Shown here: positions 55,737-64,000 of the stretch, piece by piece
How the letters are laid out: every line of letters begins with the position of its first letter
How positions within the stretch are numbered: position 1 is the stretch's first letter
Assembly (NCBI GenBank): GCA_963822945.1
Contig: CAWGJO010000021.1
Span: forward strand, 327,614-391,613
Direction of reading: 5' to 3'
Source of the DNA: an uncultured Gemmatimonadaceae bacterium
GTDB lineage: Bacteria > Gemmatimonadota > Gemmatimonadetes > Gemmatimonadales > Gemmatimonadaceae
Length of the DNA: 64,000 nucleotides
Notes under the pieces: generated by a model
Database searches by the model: none
What the model was told of the DNA's origin: nothing
What the model saw: the letters and a program-made list of their open reading frames with translations, nothing else
Program-made: the position numbers and the translations under genes

Positions 55737-56891
55737 ATGCGACGGACCCTCGTGCTCGCCGACCTGCACCTGGCCCACGAGGGCACCCTGGCCGCAGGTG
55801 ATGATCTGGCCCGTCTCGTGCGCCGGCATGGCGGAGACGAAATCGTGCTGGCCGGCGACAGCTTTGATCTTTCCGTGGATCCGCCATCGAGGGATCCTCT
55901 CGAGTCGCTCTTGGCGCTGCTGCGTCCTCAACGAGAGCTCCGCGACGCGCTCCACGCACACCTTTCGGCCGGCCACCCCGTGGCGCTGCTGGGCGGCAAC
56001 CATGATGCGGCATTGAGCAGCGACATGACGCGCGCCGCGTTGCTGCAATGGCTGGCCCTCGACTCATCAGCGCCGCTGTCGCTGCCCCCGTGGTTCGTGC
56101 GGCGCGGACCCGTACACATAGAGCACGGTCACGTCTTCGATCCGGACAACGCTCCGGCCCATCCGCTGTCGTCCTGGAGCCCCGCGACCGAGCCCCTGGG
56201 CATCGCACTGACGCGGCGCTTCCTCGCGCCCAGTGGCGCGCTGGCCTTCGCCCACGCCCACGAAACCACTCCCCTCGCCGGCTTTTTGCGCACGTTCCGC
56301 TTGTACGGTGCGCGCGCGCCCGTGGTGGTGGCGCGCTACTTTGCCACGGCCATCAGCCTTTGCCTGGAAGCGGGCAAGCAGCCCGGCCTTTCGGAGGAGC
56401 GCACCAGCGGCGAGTCGCGCTTGCCGGAGTTCGCCGATAGCCACGGCCTTTGCGTGGACGCCCTGTCGGAGCTGACGCGCGCGGTACCCAAGCCGCGCCA
56501 CCACGAGCCGAAAGAGACCTTCGAGCGGCTGTACTTCGATCGTATCGGCGCCGCCGTGCTGACCACCGCAGCGGGTATCGTGGCCCTGGGCGGAAGCGCG
56601 CCAGCGGCGGCCATGGCCGTGGCCGGTGCGGCATTCCTCGGTTACAGCGTGAGCAAAGGCGTGAGCCGCTACTCCGGGGAGCCGGAGCGGCGCCTGCGGG
56701 ACGGGGCGGAGCTGGTCCGCAGCCTGACCGGCGCCCGCCACGTGGTGTTGGGACACACGCACCGGGAGGACGAAGCCCCCGGCTACTTCAACACCGGGTC
56801 CTTCGCGTTTTCCCGGGCCATGGGGCGGCCCCATCTGTTGGTCGACGCCGATGGCAACATCGAACGTCGAGTCTTCCCCGCCGCGGTGTGA
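55737..56891 (+). CDS. Calcineurin-like metallophosphoesterase
   Basis: ADLH, GDSFD, GNHD, EHGH, GHTH, NTGS. Confidence 0.85.
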   Translation: MRRTLVLADLHLAHEGTLAAGDDLARLVRRHGGDEIVLAGDSFDLSVDPPSRDPLESLLALLRPQRELRDALHAHLSAGHPVALLGGNHDAALSSDMTRAALLQWLALDSSAPLSLPPWFVRRGPVHIEHGHVFDPDNAPAHPLSSWSPATEPLGIALTRRFLAPSGALAFAHAHETTPLAGFLRTFRLYGARAPVVVARYFATAISLCLEAGKQPGLSEERTSGESRLPEFADSHGLCVDALSELTRAVPKPRHHEPKETFERLYFDRIGAAVLTTAAGIVALGGSAPAAAMAVAGAAFLGYSVSKGVSRYSGEPERRLRDGAELVRSLTGARHVVLGHTHREDEAPGYFNTGSFAFSRAMGRPHLLVDADGNIERRVFPAAV

Positions 56892-56940
56892 GCTGCGATA
56901 GGGTCTTCGGCACGCTCGTCGAGCGAGATTCGGAGGACGC

Positions 56941-57906
56941 ATGAGAGGGACGTTGGGACTCGTCGCGGTAGCGACCATCGCGCTGGCCAGCCTGGGCTGC
57001 GCCACCACCTGCATCGAAGGCGCCAACGGCGTCACCTGCACCGCCAAGAGCCTGGCGCGCTTCGACGGCGCGCCGCCTCCGCCCCAAGCGCTGAACCGCG
57101 CGCCCGGCGCACCCCTCAACATCGACGTGCAGTACGGCAACGTGGTGCTCACTCGCAGTAACACGCCCAACGTCGTGGTGGAGTTCCGTCCCTTCTGCTA
57201 CGCGGGCCACGACGAGCGCGCCTACGCGCAGCAGCTGTTGGCCCAGAACCTGCGCACGACGGCCACGGCCGCCGGCGCCATCACGGTCGTGGTCGCGCGC
57301 AATGGGGGTAGCAACGGCCTCGGCTCGGACGTGATCGTGCGGGTGCCGGATACCTTCGATGGGCCCATCAACGTGCTCAATCGCGGGGACGGCCCGGTCA
57401 ACGAGTTCGGGCTGAAGATCGAGTCCGTGGGCCGAGCGACGGCGTTGACCGCCACCAACCAGGCTCTGCTTGGCAGCTGCTGGATCCAGGGCAGCCCCAC
57501 GGTGCGGAGCACCACGGTGCAATGCAGAAAAGGCATCAGCGTGTTCGACGTCAGCGACGCCGTGAACATCACGAACACGGATGCGAGCCACGATAGCGCC
57601 GCCCCGGCCATTACCCTGCGCATGGCGGCCATCAACCCGGGCAGCCCTGGGGGCACCGTGACGGCCGCCTCCGGCAGCATCGACGCCACCTTCCCGCGCA
57701 CTGGCGGCTACGTGATCCAGGCCCAGAGCCCAGTCGCCGGCGCCGTGCAAGAAGGCAACGTGCCCCCCGGCTGCCAGCTCAATGCCGCGGCCCCCAACAA
57801 CAAGACATTGAGCTGCGGCGGCGGCCCGACCTATAGGCTGATCGCCGGCGCGCGACCGGACACCATCGGACCACCGAAGCCGGCCAACGTGATCTTGAAG
57901 TTCTGA
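56941..57906 (+). CDS. Hypothetical beta-rich lipoprotein
   Basis: Lipobox SLGC; GGAGG RBS. Confidence 0.72.
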   Translation: MRGTLGLVAVATIALASLGCATTCIEGANGVTCTAKSLARFDGAPPPPQALNRAPGAPLNIDVQYGNVVLTRSNTPNVVVEFRPFCYAGHDERAYAQQLLAQNLRTTATAAGAITVVVARNGGSNGLGSDVIVRVPDTFDGPINVLNRGDGPVNEFGLKIESVGRATALTATNQALLGSCWIQGSPTVRSTTVQCRKGISVFDVSDAVNITNTDASHDSAAPAITLRMAAINPGSPGGTVTAASGSIDATFPRTGGYVIQAQSPVAGAVQEGNVPPGCQLNAAAPNNKTLSCGGGPTYRLIAGARPDTIGPPKPANVILKF

Positions 57907-57993
57907 AGGTCTCGGAAAAAGAGTGTCCAACGCGAGGGGGCCCGCGCGTCATGGGTCATAGGGCGATGGATGGCGCCCGGACAAGGAGACAGC

Positions 57994-58327
57994 ATGCCCA
58001 AGTACCTGTGCCTGCAACGAAGCCTGCAAGGTGGTGACGGGGAGAAGCCCTCGCCCGCCCAAATGCAGGAAATGTACGCCAAGTTCGAGGCCTGGAGAGA
58101 GAAGTTCCAGGACAGCCTGGTCGACCTCGGCGGCCGGCTGGGCACCGGTAAACTGGTGACGGAACCCACCGCCGATGGGCCCTTCGTGGAAGTGAAGGAG
58201 CTCGTGGGCGGCTACATGATCGTCACGGCGGAGAGCCTGGAGCAGGCCGCTGAGGTCGCGCGGCAGTGCCCGGGACTGGTCCGGCCCGGCTCGGGCGTCG
58301 AGGTCATCGAGAATCCGCACTTCTTGA
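57994..58327 (+). CDS. YciI/DGPF-family protein (appears fused to the downstream sigma factor through a probable 1-nt insertion)
   Basis: DGPFVEVKELVGGY motif; AAGGAG RBS; removing one A at 58312-58313 gives ...VEVIEIRTS* with TTGA overlap. Confidence 0.78.
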
Positions 58328-59583
58328 GCGCTCCGAAGCTCGTAGAGCACTTCTTCCGGCACGAGTATGGCCGACTGGTCGCCACGCTCTCGCGTCGCGT
58401 CGGCGTGCGGCACGTGGAGGCCGTAGAAGACGCGGTGCAGTCGGCGTTGATGACGGCCCTCGAGCAGTGGACGACCGCGGGCCTGCCGGACAATCCGTCA
58501 GCCTGGCTCTTCCGCGTGGCGTACAACGACCTCGCGGACGAGCTCAGGAAGGGCACGCGCCGCCGCCGCATCCTGGAGCAGAACGCCGAAAAGGACGACG
58601 CTGCCCCCCGCGAAGCTCCGGAGGCCTTCCTTCCGGGGGAGGTGCCCGACGATCTGCTCAGGATGCTGTTCGTTTGCTGCGACGAGCGAATACCCGTTCA
58701 GTCCCAACTGGTCCTGGCGCTGAAGACCCTGTGCGGCTTCGACGTGCGAGAAATCGCGCTTCGTCTGTTCACCAACGAAGCCAACGTCTACAAGCGCCTG
58801 ACGCGAGCCCGCAGTCGCCTGCGAGAGCTTTCTCCCCCCACGGACGAGCTGAGCAGCGAGCAATATTCTTCGCGACTCCCGGCCGTGCATACGGTCCTCT
58901 ACTTGCTGTTCACCGAGGGCTACCTTTCCTCCCACGCGGAGACGGCAATCCGACGCGAGCTCTCGGACGAGGCGATGCGGCTGGCCACCATCTTGGCGGA
59001 GCATCCCGTGGGCCGGACGCCCGAAACCTTCGCGCTGCTCGCGCTGATGCATCTCCACTGGGCGCGAACGGGCGCGCGCCAGGACGCCGCCGGTGGGCTC
59101 CTGTTGCTGGAAGAGCAGGACCGGCACCTGTGGGATCCGGCACAGATTCAGCTGGGCCTTTCGTGGCTGGCGAAGTCCGCCCAAGGCGACGTGTTTTCGC
59201 GCTACCACGCCGAAGCCGGAATCGCCGCGGAACATTGCCTGGCACCGTCGTTCGAAGCGACGCGCTGGGACAAGGTCGTGGAATGCTACGCTTTGCTGGA
59301 GCGCGTCGCACCGTCGGCGATCCACCGGCTGAACCGCGCGGTCGCGGTAGCCGAGTGGCGGGGTGCGGCCGAGGGCCTCGCCGTGCTCGACGGCTTCGCG
59401 CCGCCCTCCTGGCTTTCCGGCTCTTACCAATGGGCCGCAGTCCTGGCCGATCTGCATCGGCGCGCCGGCAACGGCGAAGATGCGCAACGCTATCGTGAAA
59501 CGGCGCTTTCCTCCGCACCCACTGCCGCGGTGCGCGAGCTGCTCGAGCGACGGTTCACTTCTCTTGCCGGTCGAGATCGTTGA
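58324..59583 (+). CDS. ECF sigma-70 factor with C-terminal TPR-like extension (ECF42-like)
   Basis: FRHEYGRLVA, EDAVQ, P.NP.AWL..VA.N, DDLLRMLFVCC, LYLLFTEGY, L.EQDR..WD, LNRAVA. Confidence 0.88.
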   Translation: MSAPKLVEHFFRHEYGRLVATLSRRVGVRHVEAVEDAVQSALMTALEQWTTAGLPDNPSAWLFRVAYNDLADELRKGTRRRRILEQNAEKDDAAPREAPEAFLPGEVPDDLLRMLFVCCDERIPVQSQLVLALKTLCGFDVREIALRLFTNEANVYKRLTRARSRLRELSPPTDELSSEQYSSRLPAVHTVLYLLFTEGYLSSHAETAIRRELSDEAMRLATILAEHPVGRTPETFALLALMHLHWARTGARQDAAGGLLLLEEQDRHLWDPAQIQLGLSWLAKSAQGDVFSRYHAEAGIAAEHCLAPSFEATRWDKVVECYALLERVAPSAIHRLNRAVAVAEWRGAAEGLAVLDGFAPPSWLSGSYQWAAVLADLHRRAGNGEDAQRYRETALSSAPTAAVRELLERRFTSLAGRDR

Positions 59584-60436
59584 TCCGCACCGTACGGGCA
59601 CTGCCCGCGCGGCCAAGCTCGCTGACCTCACGGTCTATGACGGGGACTACGTCGGCGAACATTTTTTCACTCATGCGCTCACCCACGCGGGTGTTCAGCA
59701 GGCTCCTCAGCCAGTAAATGAGCCCCACGGACCAAGGCACGAAGATGCGCGCGCGCCGCTTCTCGATTCCGTCGACGATCGTCCGAGCGCACTGTTCCAC
59801 GGAAATCGTGGCGTTCATGGGCCAGGTCAAGTTCGCGCGCAGCTGCCGGAAGGACGCGAGGTCCTGCTCGGCTTCGCGCACGAGATCCGTGTCGATCCAG
59901 CCGGGATGGGCCGCTCCGGCTGCCACGCCACGGAAGCCGACCTCGCCGCGCAGCGCGCGCACGAAGTTTTCGACTCCCGCTTTCGAAGCGCAGTAGGAAG
60001 ACATGCCGGGCAGTCCCATCAGGGACGCCACCGACGCGACCACCAGAACGTAGCCGCGTCGCTCGAGCACGTGGGGCAACGTCGCCTGGACGGTGTGAAA
60101 TACGCCGTTCAGGTTGACGTCTATCGTGCGAGTCCACACCTCCGGATCGATGTGCTCGATGGTGCCGTAGGTACCAATGCCCGCATTGGCCACCACCACG
60201 TCGATGCCGCCGAGCTGCTCCGCGGTGGCGGCAGCCGCGGCGCGCAGTGAAGCCCGGTCCGTCACGTCCGCCTCTTGCCACAAGTGCCCGTCGCCGAGCT
60301 CGCGAGCCCGCTCACGCAGCTCGTCGGCCTCCAGCCCGACGAGCGCCACCCGCGCACCGCGCCGAGCCAGCTCGCGACAAACCCCCGCGCCAATGCCGCG
60401 GGCGGCTCCCGTCACGAACGCGACCTTGCCCCTCAT
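59555..60436 (-). CDS. Short-chain dehydrogenase/reductase
   Basis: TGAARGIG, NAG, YCASK, PGWIDT. Confidence 0.92.
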   Translation of the reverse strand: MRGKVAFVTGAARGIGAGVCRELARRGARVALVGLEADELRERARELGDGHLWQEADVTDRASLRAAAAATAEQLGGIDVVVANAGIGTYGTIEHIDPEVWTRTIDVNLNGVFHTVQATLPHVLERRGYVLVVASVASLMGLPGMSSYCASKAGVENFVRALRGEVGFRGVAAGAAHPGWIDTDLVREAEQDLASFRQLRANLTWPMNATISVEQCARTIVDGIEKRRARIFVPWSVGLIYWLRSLLNTRVGERMSEKMFADVVPVIDREVSELGRAGSARTVRINDLDRQEK

Positions 60437-60470
60437 TGGCGTCAGGCTATCACGGAGAGCGGAGGGCGCT

Positions 60471-61190
60471 TCACAACGATGGACACCCGGGGTCCGGCGG
60501 TGGCACACCCCCGCCGTCGTACGCGGGAGGAGCGCACGTGCAACGAGTGAGGGGATCACCCGTGGAGGCTTGGGACCCAGGGAAGAACGTGAACTGAGAC
60601 TCGCTGTAGACGTATCCGGGCAGTGGAACCGCAGAGACGCCGTTCGGGTACTGTTTCATCGGGCAAGAGAGCAACGCCGCGAAGTCGAAATCGTAGGCCG
60701 CAAACGAGCTGCCATCGGCGCACTTGATTGCCATGCCATTGGCCGAGGACGTGTACTCCACCGTTCCCGACTTGGTCGTGAGCGTCACGACGGACGGCAA
60801 CGCCTGCGACCCGGTTGCTGGTGCTTCGAACGTGAAGCACGGGCTGCCGTTGCGCGTCGCCTCGATGTAGAAATCGTCGTGTCCGTTTCCCGCCGCGTCC
60901 AGGGTGCGACCGTTACTCCCGTAGACGTCACTGTCTCCGTTCGGATACTCGCACGAGAGGTACTGGTCGCCGAAGTAGCCCTCCCCGGATTTGGGAACCG
61001 AGCAGCTGACGTACGCTTCGTCGACCGCTGCCTGCCAGCAGTTGTCCGGACCTTCGAGCCAATCGCAGGTCAACGTGCCGCCCACCGGAGTGCCGCCGCT
61101 ACCGGCCGTACCGCCATTGTTTTCGTTGCTGCTGCAGCCGGCCAGGCTGAGAACGAGAACGAGCCCGGCTAGCGAGGAGAGGGGGCGCAT
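60471..61190 (-). CDS. Hypothetical lipoprotein
   Basis: MRPLSSLAGLVLVLSLAGC lipobox; Cys-containing ectodomain. Confidence 0.7.
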   Translation of the reverse strand: MRPLSSLAGLVLVLSLAGCSSNENNGGTAGSGGTPVGGTLTCDWLEGPDNCWQAAVDEAYVSCSVPKSGEGYFGDQYLSCEYPNGDSDVYGSNGRTLDAAGNGHDDFYIEATRNGSPCFTFEAPATGSQALPSVVTLTTKSGTVEYTSSANGMAIKCADGSSFAAYDFDFAALLSCPMKQYPNGVSAVPLPGYVYSESQFTFFPGSQASTGDPLTRCTCAPPAYDGGGVPPPDPGCPSL

Positions 61191-61277
61191 GGCGGGGTAT
61201 CGTACGCCAGGGGCAGCGCGCTTCTTCCGCCCGTCCCATTGTCGCAACTGGGTTGTGCAAGAGTTGCACAAGTTGTC

Positions 61278-61299
61278 CGGTTCCGCGACGGACCGACAA
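61278..61299 (+). repeat. Dispersed ~22-bp repeat, copy I
   Basis: CGGTTCCGCGACGGACCGACAA. Confidence 0.8.
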
Positions 61300-61309
61300 A
61301 AGAAGACGA

Positions 61310-61870
61310 TCAGCGACAGGCGGCGGCGATCCAACCACCTTGGAGATCGGCAATGCCTTCGTGCTGGTGCAGCCAACGCTTGACGTCCAGGCCGCCGGAA
61401 AAGCCTCCCAAGCTGCCGTCGGAGGCAACCACGCGGTGACACGGGATGAAAACCGGAACCGGGTTCTGTGCCATGGCGCCGCCGACGGCACGGGCCGCAC
61501 CCGGTTTGCCAAGACGCGCAGCCAACTCGCCGTAAGAGACGAGCTTGCCGAACGGGACGCGGCGAAGCGCCGTGAGCGCCTCGCGTTGGAATCCGGTGGC
61601 GAGGCTCAAGTCGAGCGCTGCGCGGAACGCCTGTCGCCGTCCGTCGAAATACTGGCGCAGCTCCTTGGCGGCCTTCGAGCGCTGCGTCAGCTCAGGCTCC
61701 ACGGCGCGACCCAAGCGCGCTTCCAGGCGCCGCACGGCGGCCTCCACGCTGGGCGCCGTCAGCTCCACGGCGATGACGCCGCGGTCACTCTCGAACACCA
61801 CGACGTTGCCGAAAGGCGCGGTGACCTCGGATACGGTGAAGCGACGCTCCCCCTCACGAACGACTCGCAT
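61310..61870 (-). CDS. ogt: Methylated-DNA--protein-cysteine methyltransferase
   Basis: [29 protein letters not shown]. Confidence 0.92.
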   Translation of the reverse strand: MRVVREGERRFTVSEVTAPFGNVVVFESDRGVIAVELTAPSVEAAVRRLEARLGRAVEPELTQRSKAAKELRQYFDGRRQAFRAALDLSLATGFQREALTALRRVPFGKLVSYGELAARLGKPGAARAVGGAMAQNPVPVFIPCHRVVASDGSLGGFSGGLDVKRWLHQHEGIADLQGGWIAAACR

Positions 61871-61939
61871 GCCCACGCATTTTGACGCGACCGGTGGCCG
61901 CGTCAATCGGCCTCGCTACGCCCTGCGTTCGGCAGGGAC

Positions 61940-62650
61940 TCAGGGCTTGATGACCTGCGTGCCCGCCGGAGGCTTGAATTTGAACTCGCCCGCGGGAACC
62001 TTCTCGTTCACGGCAGGGCTGAGGAAGTCGAACCGGTTGCGGTTGCCTTGCGCATCGAGCAAGAGCACCCGTCGCACCTGATAGGTATTCGCGTCGACGT
62101 ACAGCAGGAGCTTGTTGTAGGCGGGCGTCGCCTTCTTGGGCACGCCTTCGAGCACGTAGCCCCCTTCGAACTTCATCTGCTTGGCGTTCAGCATGCGGAG
62201 CTTGAACTCCTTGCGCAGGTTGCCACCGCCCACCAGGAAGGCCAGCGCCGCAGGGTACTGGCTCTTGCCCATGGTCTGCTCGTACATCTGCTTGTTCTCG
62301 GCCTCGTATACCTGGATGTGCTTGCCGTCGGAGACGACACGATTGCCATTGTTGGTGTAGCGCCAGCTCATCTTGCCGGGCTTCTGGAAGATGACGCTGC
62401 CCTTGCTGTCCTTCTTCTTGTTGTAGGCCTTGACCCAGTAGCGCTGCTTGAAGCCGGCCTTGAAGCTCTTGGTCTTGTCGTAGAACTTCTGGACGTTGGT
62501 CGCGACGGTATTGGCCGACGGCTGGCCCTTCTTGGGCGTGGCCTTCTTGGGCGCGGCCTTCTTGGGCTGGGCACCCGCGTCCGTGGCGACGAGGGCGACC
62601 GGCGTAGCCAGACCCACGAGCAGGGACAGGGCGAGATGCTTTAGCTTCAT
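61940..62650 (-). CDS. lolA: Outer-membrane lipoprotein carrier protein LolA
   Basis: Signal peptide; F.A.F.Q, KPGKMSW.Y, VSDG, F.FKPPAG. Confidence 0.85.
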   Translation of the reverse strand: MKLKHLALSLLVGLATPVALVATDAGAQPKKAAPKKATPKKGQPSANTVATNVQKFYDKTKSFKAGFKQRYWVKAYNKKKDSKGSVIFQKPGKMSWRYTNNGNRVVSDGKHIQVYEAENKQMYEQTMGKSQYPAALAFLVGGGNLRKEFKLRMLNAKQMKFEGGYVLEGVPKKATPAYNKLLLYVDANTYQVRRVLLLDAQGNRNRFDFLSPAVNEKVPAGEFKFKPPAGTQVIKP

Positions 62651-62849
62651 GTGCGTGACTTCCTCGGGAGAACAAACGGGGCCGAAGTACTGTTCCTTGC
62701 AGTGCCGCTTGGGCATCGGGACAGACGGCCCGGAGGCGGAAAAGATTCGCGATAACGCCTGGAAAATCCAGGGGCGATTGCCGTTTTACGTTCTCGGCCG
62801 CAGCGGCATTTCAGAGCGCCCCGGGGCCCGGCAAAAACCCGGATTTCCC

Positions 62850-63422
62850 TCAGATTCCGTTGCCGACACCCCGGCGCCGCTTCCGGCCCTTGGACCGGCC
62901 CGCCAGCGCCGCGGCCAGGGCCGGGGGCAAGGACCGCTGGCCCAGGCGCTCCGCCACTGGCCCGAGGCGCAGGTGGGTGATGGCCAACGCCAGCGCGTCC
63001 GCGGCGTCCGCGGGTGGCAGCTCGGAAAGGCCCAACATCGCTCGGACCATCAGCGCGACCTGCCGCTTGTCCGCCTGACCACCCCCCGCGATGGTGCGCT
63101 TCACTTTTGCCGGCGCGTACTCGCCGATGGGCACGCCGGCCCGAGCCAACGTCAAGAGCACTACGCCCCGAGCATGCCCCAGCTTCGCGGCAGCCTGAGC
63201 GTCCTTGTGAAAGAACAGAGACTCCACGGAGCTCACGTCGGGTCCGTGCTTCGCGATCACTTGATCCAGACCGACCTCGATCCGGCACAGCCGATCCGCC
63301 AGGGCGAGCTTGCTGTCCAGCTTGATCACCCCGTGCGCTAGGTGCGTCAGCCGATTGCCGGATCGCGACACGACGCCCCAGCCGAGGCGCAATGTGCCGG
63401 GATCGATGCCGAGCGCAATCAC
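62850..63422 (-). CDS. ruvC: Holliday junction resolvase RuvC
   Basis: LGIDPG, VE..F, LGHARG, EY.P..VK, G.ADK.QV, DAADALALA; GTG start assumed. Confidence 0.93.
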   Translation of the reverse strand: MIALGIDPGTLRLGWGVVSRSGNRLTHLAHGVIKLDSKLALADRLCRIEVGLDQVIAKHGPDVSSVESLFFHKDAQAAAKLGHARGVVLLTLARAGVPIGEYAPAKVKRTIAGGGQADKRQVALMVRAMLGLSELPPADAADALALAITHLRLGPVAERLGQRSLPPALAAALAGRSKGRKRRRGVGNGI

Positions 63423-63521
63423 CCTTACAGGCGTACCAGGGCCCGCTCCGGATGGAAAGATCTTCGTGCCTTTCGCGCGGATCCGCCGGACAGCGGGGTG
63501 CATGTAAACTAGGCTCGGCAT

Positions 63522-64000
63522 GTGAGCGACCCGGACGCGGTGGTGGTGGGCTCCGGCCCCAACGGGCTCGCGGCCGCATGCCGTTTGGCGCAGCGTGGCC
63601 TGCGCGTCTTGGTGCTAGAAGCCAATCCGCGACGCCCCGGCGGAGCACTGGGCTCCGTAGAAGCGACCTTGCCGGGATTCGTTCACGACGTCGGCGCCGC
63701 GTTCTTCCCGTTCGGTAGCACCAGCCCGGCGTTTCGCGAGCTGCGGCTCGAGCGCTACGGGGTGGAGTGGCTCCACGCCGACATCGAAAGCTGCCACCCG
63801 GCCCTCGACGGCAGCGTGGCCTACATCTCACGAGATCCAGACGCTCGAGCTGCCGGCTTCGGCTCAGGGCGCGACGGTGAAACGTTCCGCCGCCTCGCCG
63901 AGTGGCATGCGGACGTAAAAGAGCATCTGCTCCCCGCTCTGCTCCTGTCGTTCCCCACGGTTCGCCCACTGCTGGCATTGGGCTTGTCGGGCTTGTGGCG
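63522..64000 (+). CDS. Phytoene dehydrogenase-like FAD-dependent oxidoreductase, 5' part (runs off window)
   Basis: Not in ORF track; manual translation MSDPDAVVVGSGPNGLAAACRLAQRGLRVLVLEA...GG...TLPGFVHDVG. Confidence 0.88.
   Translation, partial: MSDPDAVVVGSGPNGLAAACRLAQRGLRVLVLEANPRRPGGALGSVEATLPGFVHDVGAAFFPFGSTSPAFRELRLERYGVEWLHADIESCHPALDGSVAYISRDPDARAAGFGSGRDGETFRRLAEWHADVKEHLLPALLLSFPTVRPLLALGLSGLW

Noticed and set aside
57970..59583. Apparent natural YciI-ECF sigma factor fusion (537-aa ORF)
   Set aside because: Removing one A at 58312-58313 gives a normal YciI stop overlapping a TTG start, the usual two-gene layout; the same GAGAATCC anomaly breaks the kinase, so an assembly error is more likely

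Overview
GC-rich bacterial DNA with a myxobacterial (Myxococcota, probably Polyangiales-like) gene inventory: an MglA-type GTPase, FHA-GGDEF, Ser/Thr kinase, PP2C-cNMP phosphatase and many Cys/Gly-rich lipoproteins. About 56 CDSs were identified; I found no rRNA, tRNA, CRISPR array or transposase. Single-base indels split four genes and apparently fuse two others, most likely as long-read assembly errors. Highlights: (1) a 2288-aa ORF (42102-48968) fusing an HExxH membrane domain, a circularly permuted enolase with intact catalytic motifs, an HD domain, about 650 aa of unknown sequence, and PPDK-type ATP-grasp and phospho-His domains with no pyruvate-binding barrel, preceded by a small Cys/His protein; (2) a tetraether-lipid-synthase (Tes/GDGT-MAS)-like radical SAM gene paired with a B12-dependent radical SAM gene; (3) a dispersed ~22-bp repeat (CGGTTCCGCGMCGGACCRACAA, 9 copies) whose last eight copies alternate in orientation and bracket gene blocks, including the Tes pair; (4) a lipoprotein with a C-terminal Hint domain, an mglA paralogue paired with terB rather than mglB, and split luxE/luxC-like genes. 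All calls come from reading motifs by eye; no searches were run.
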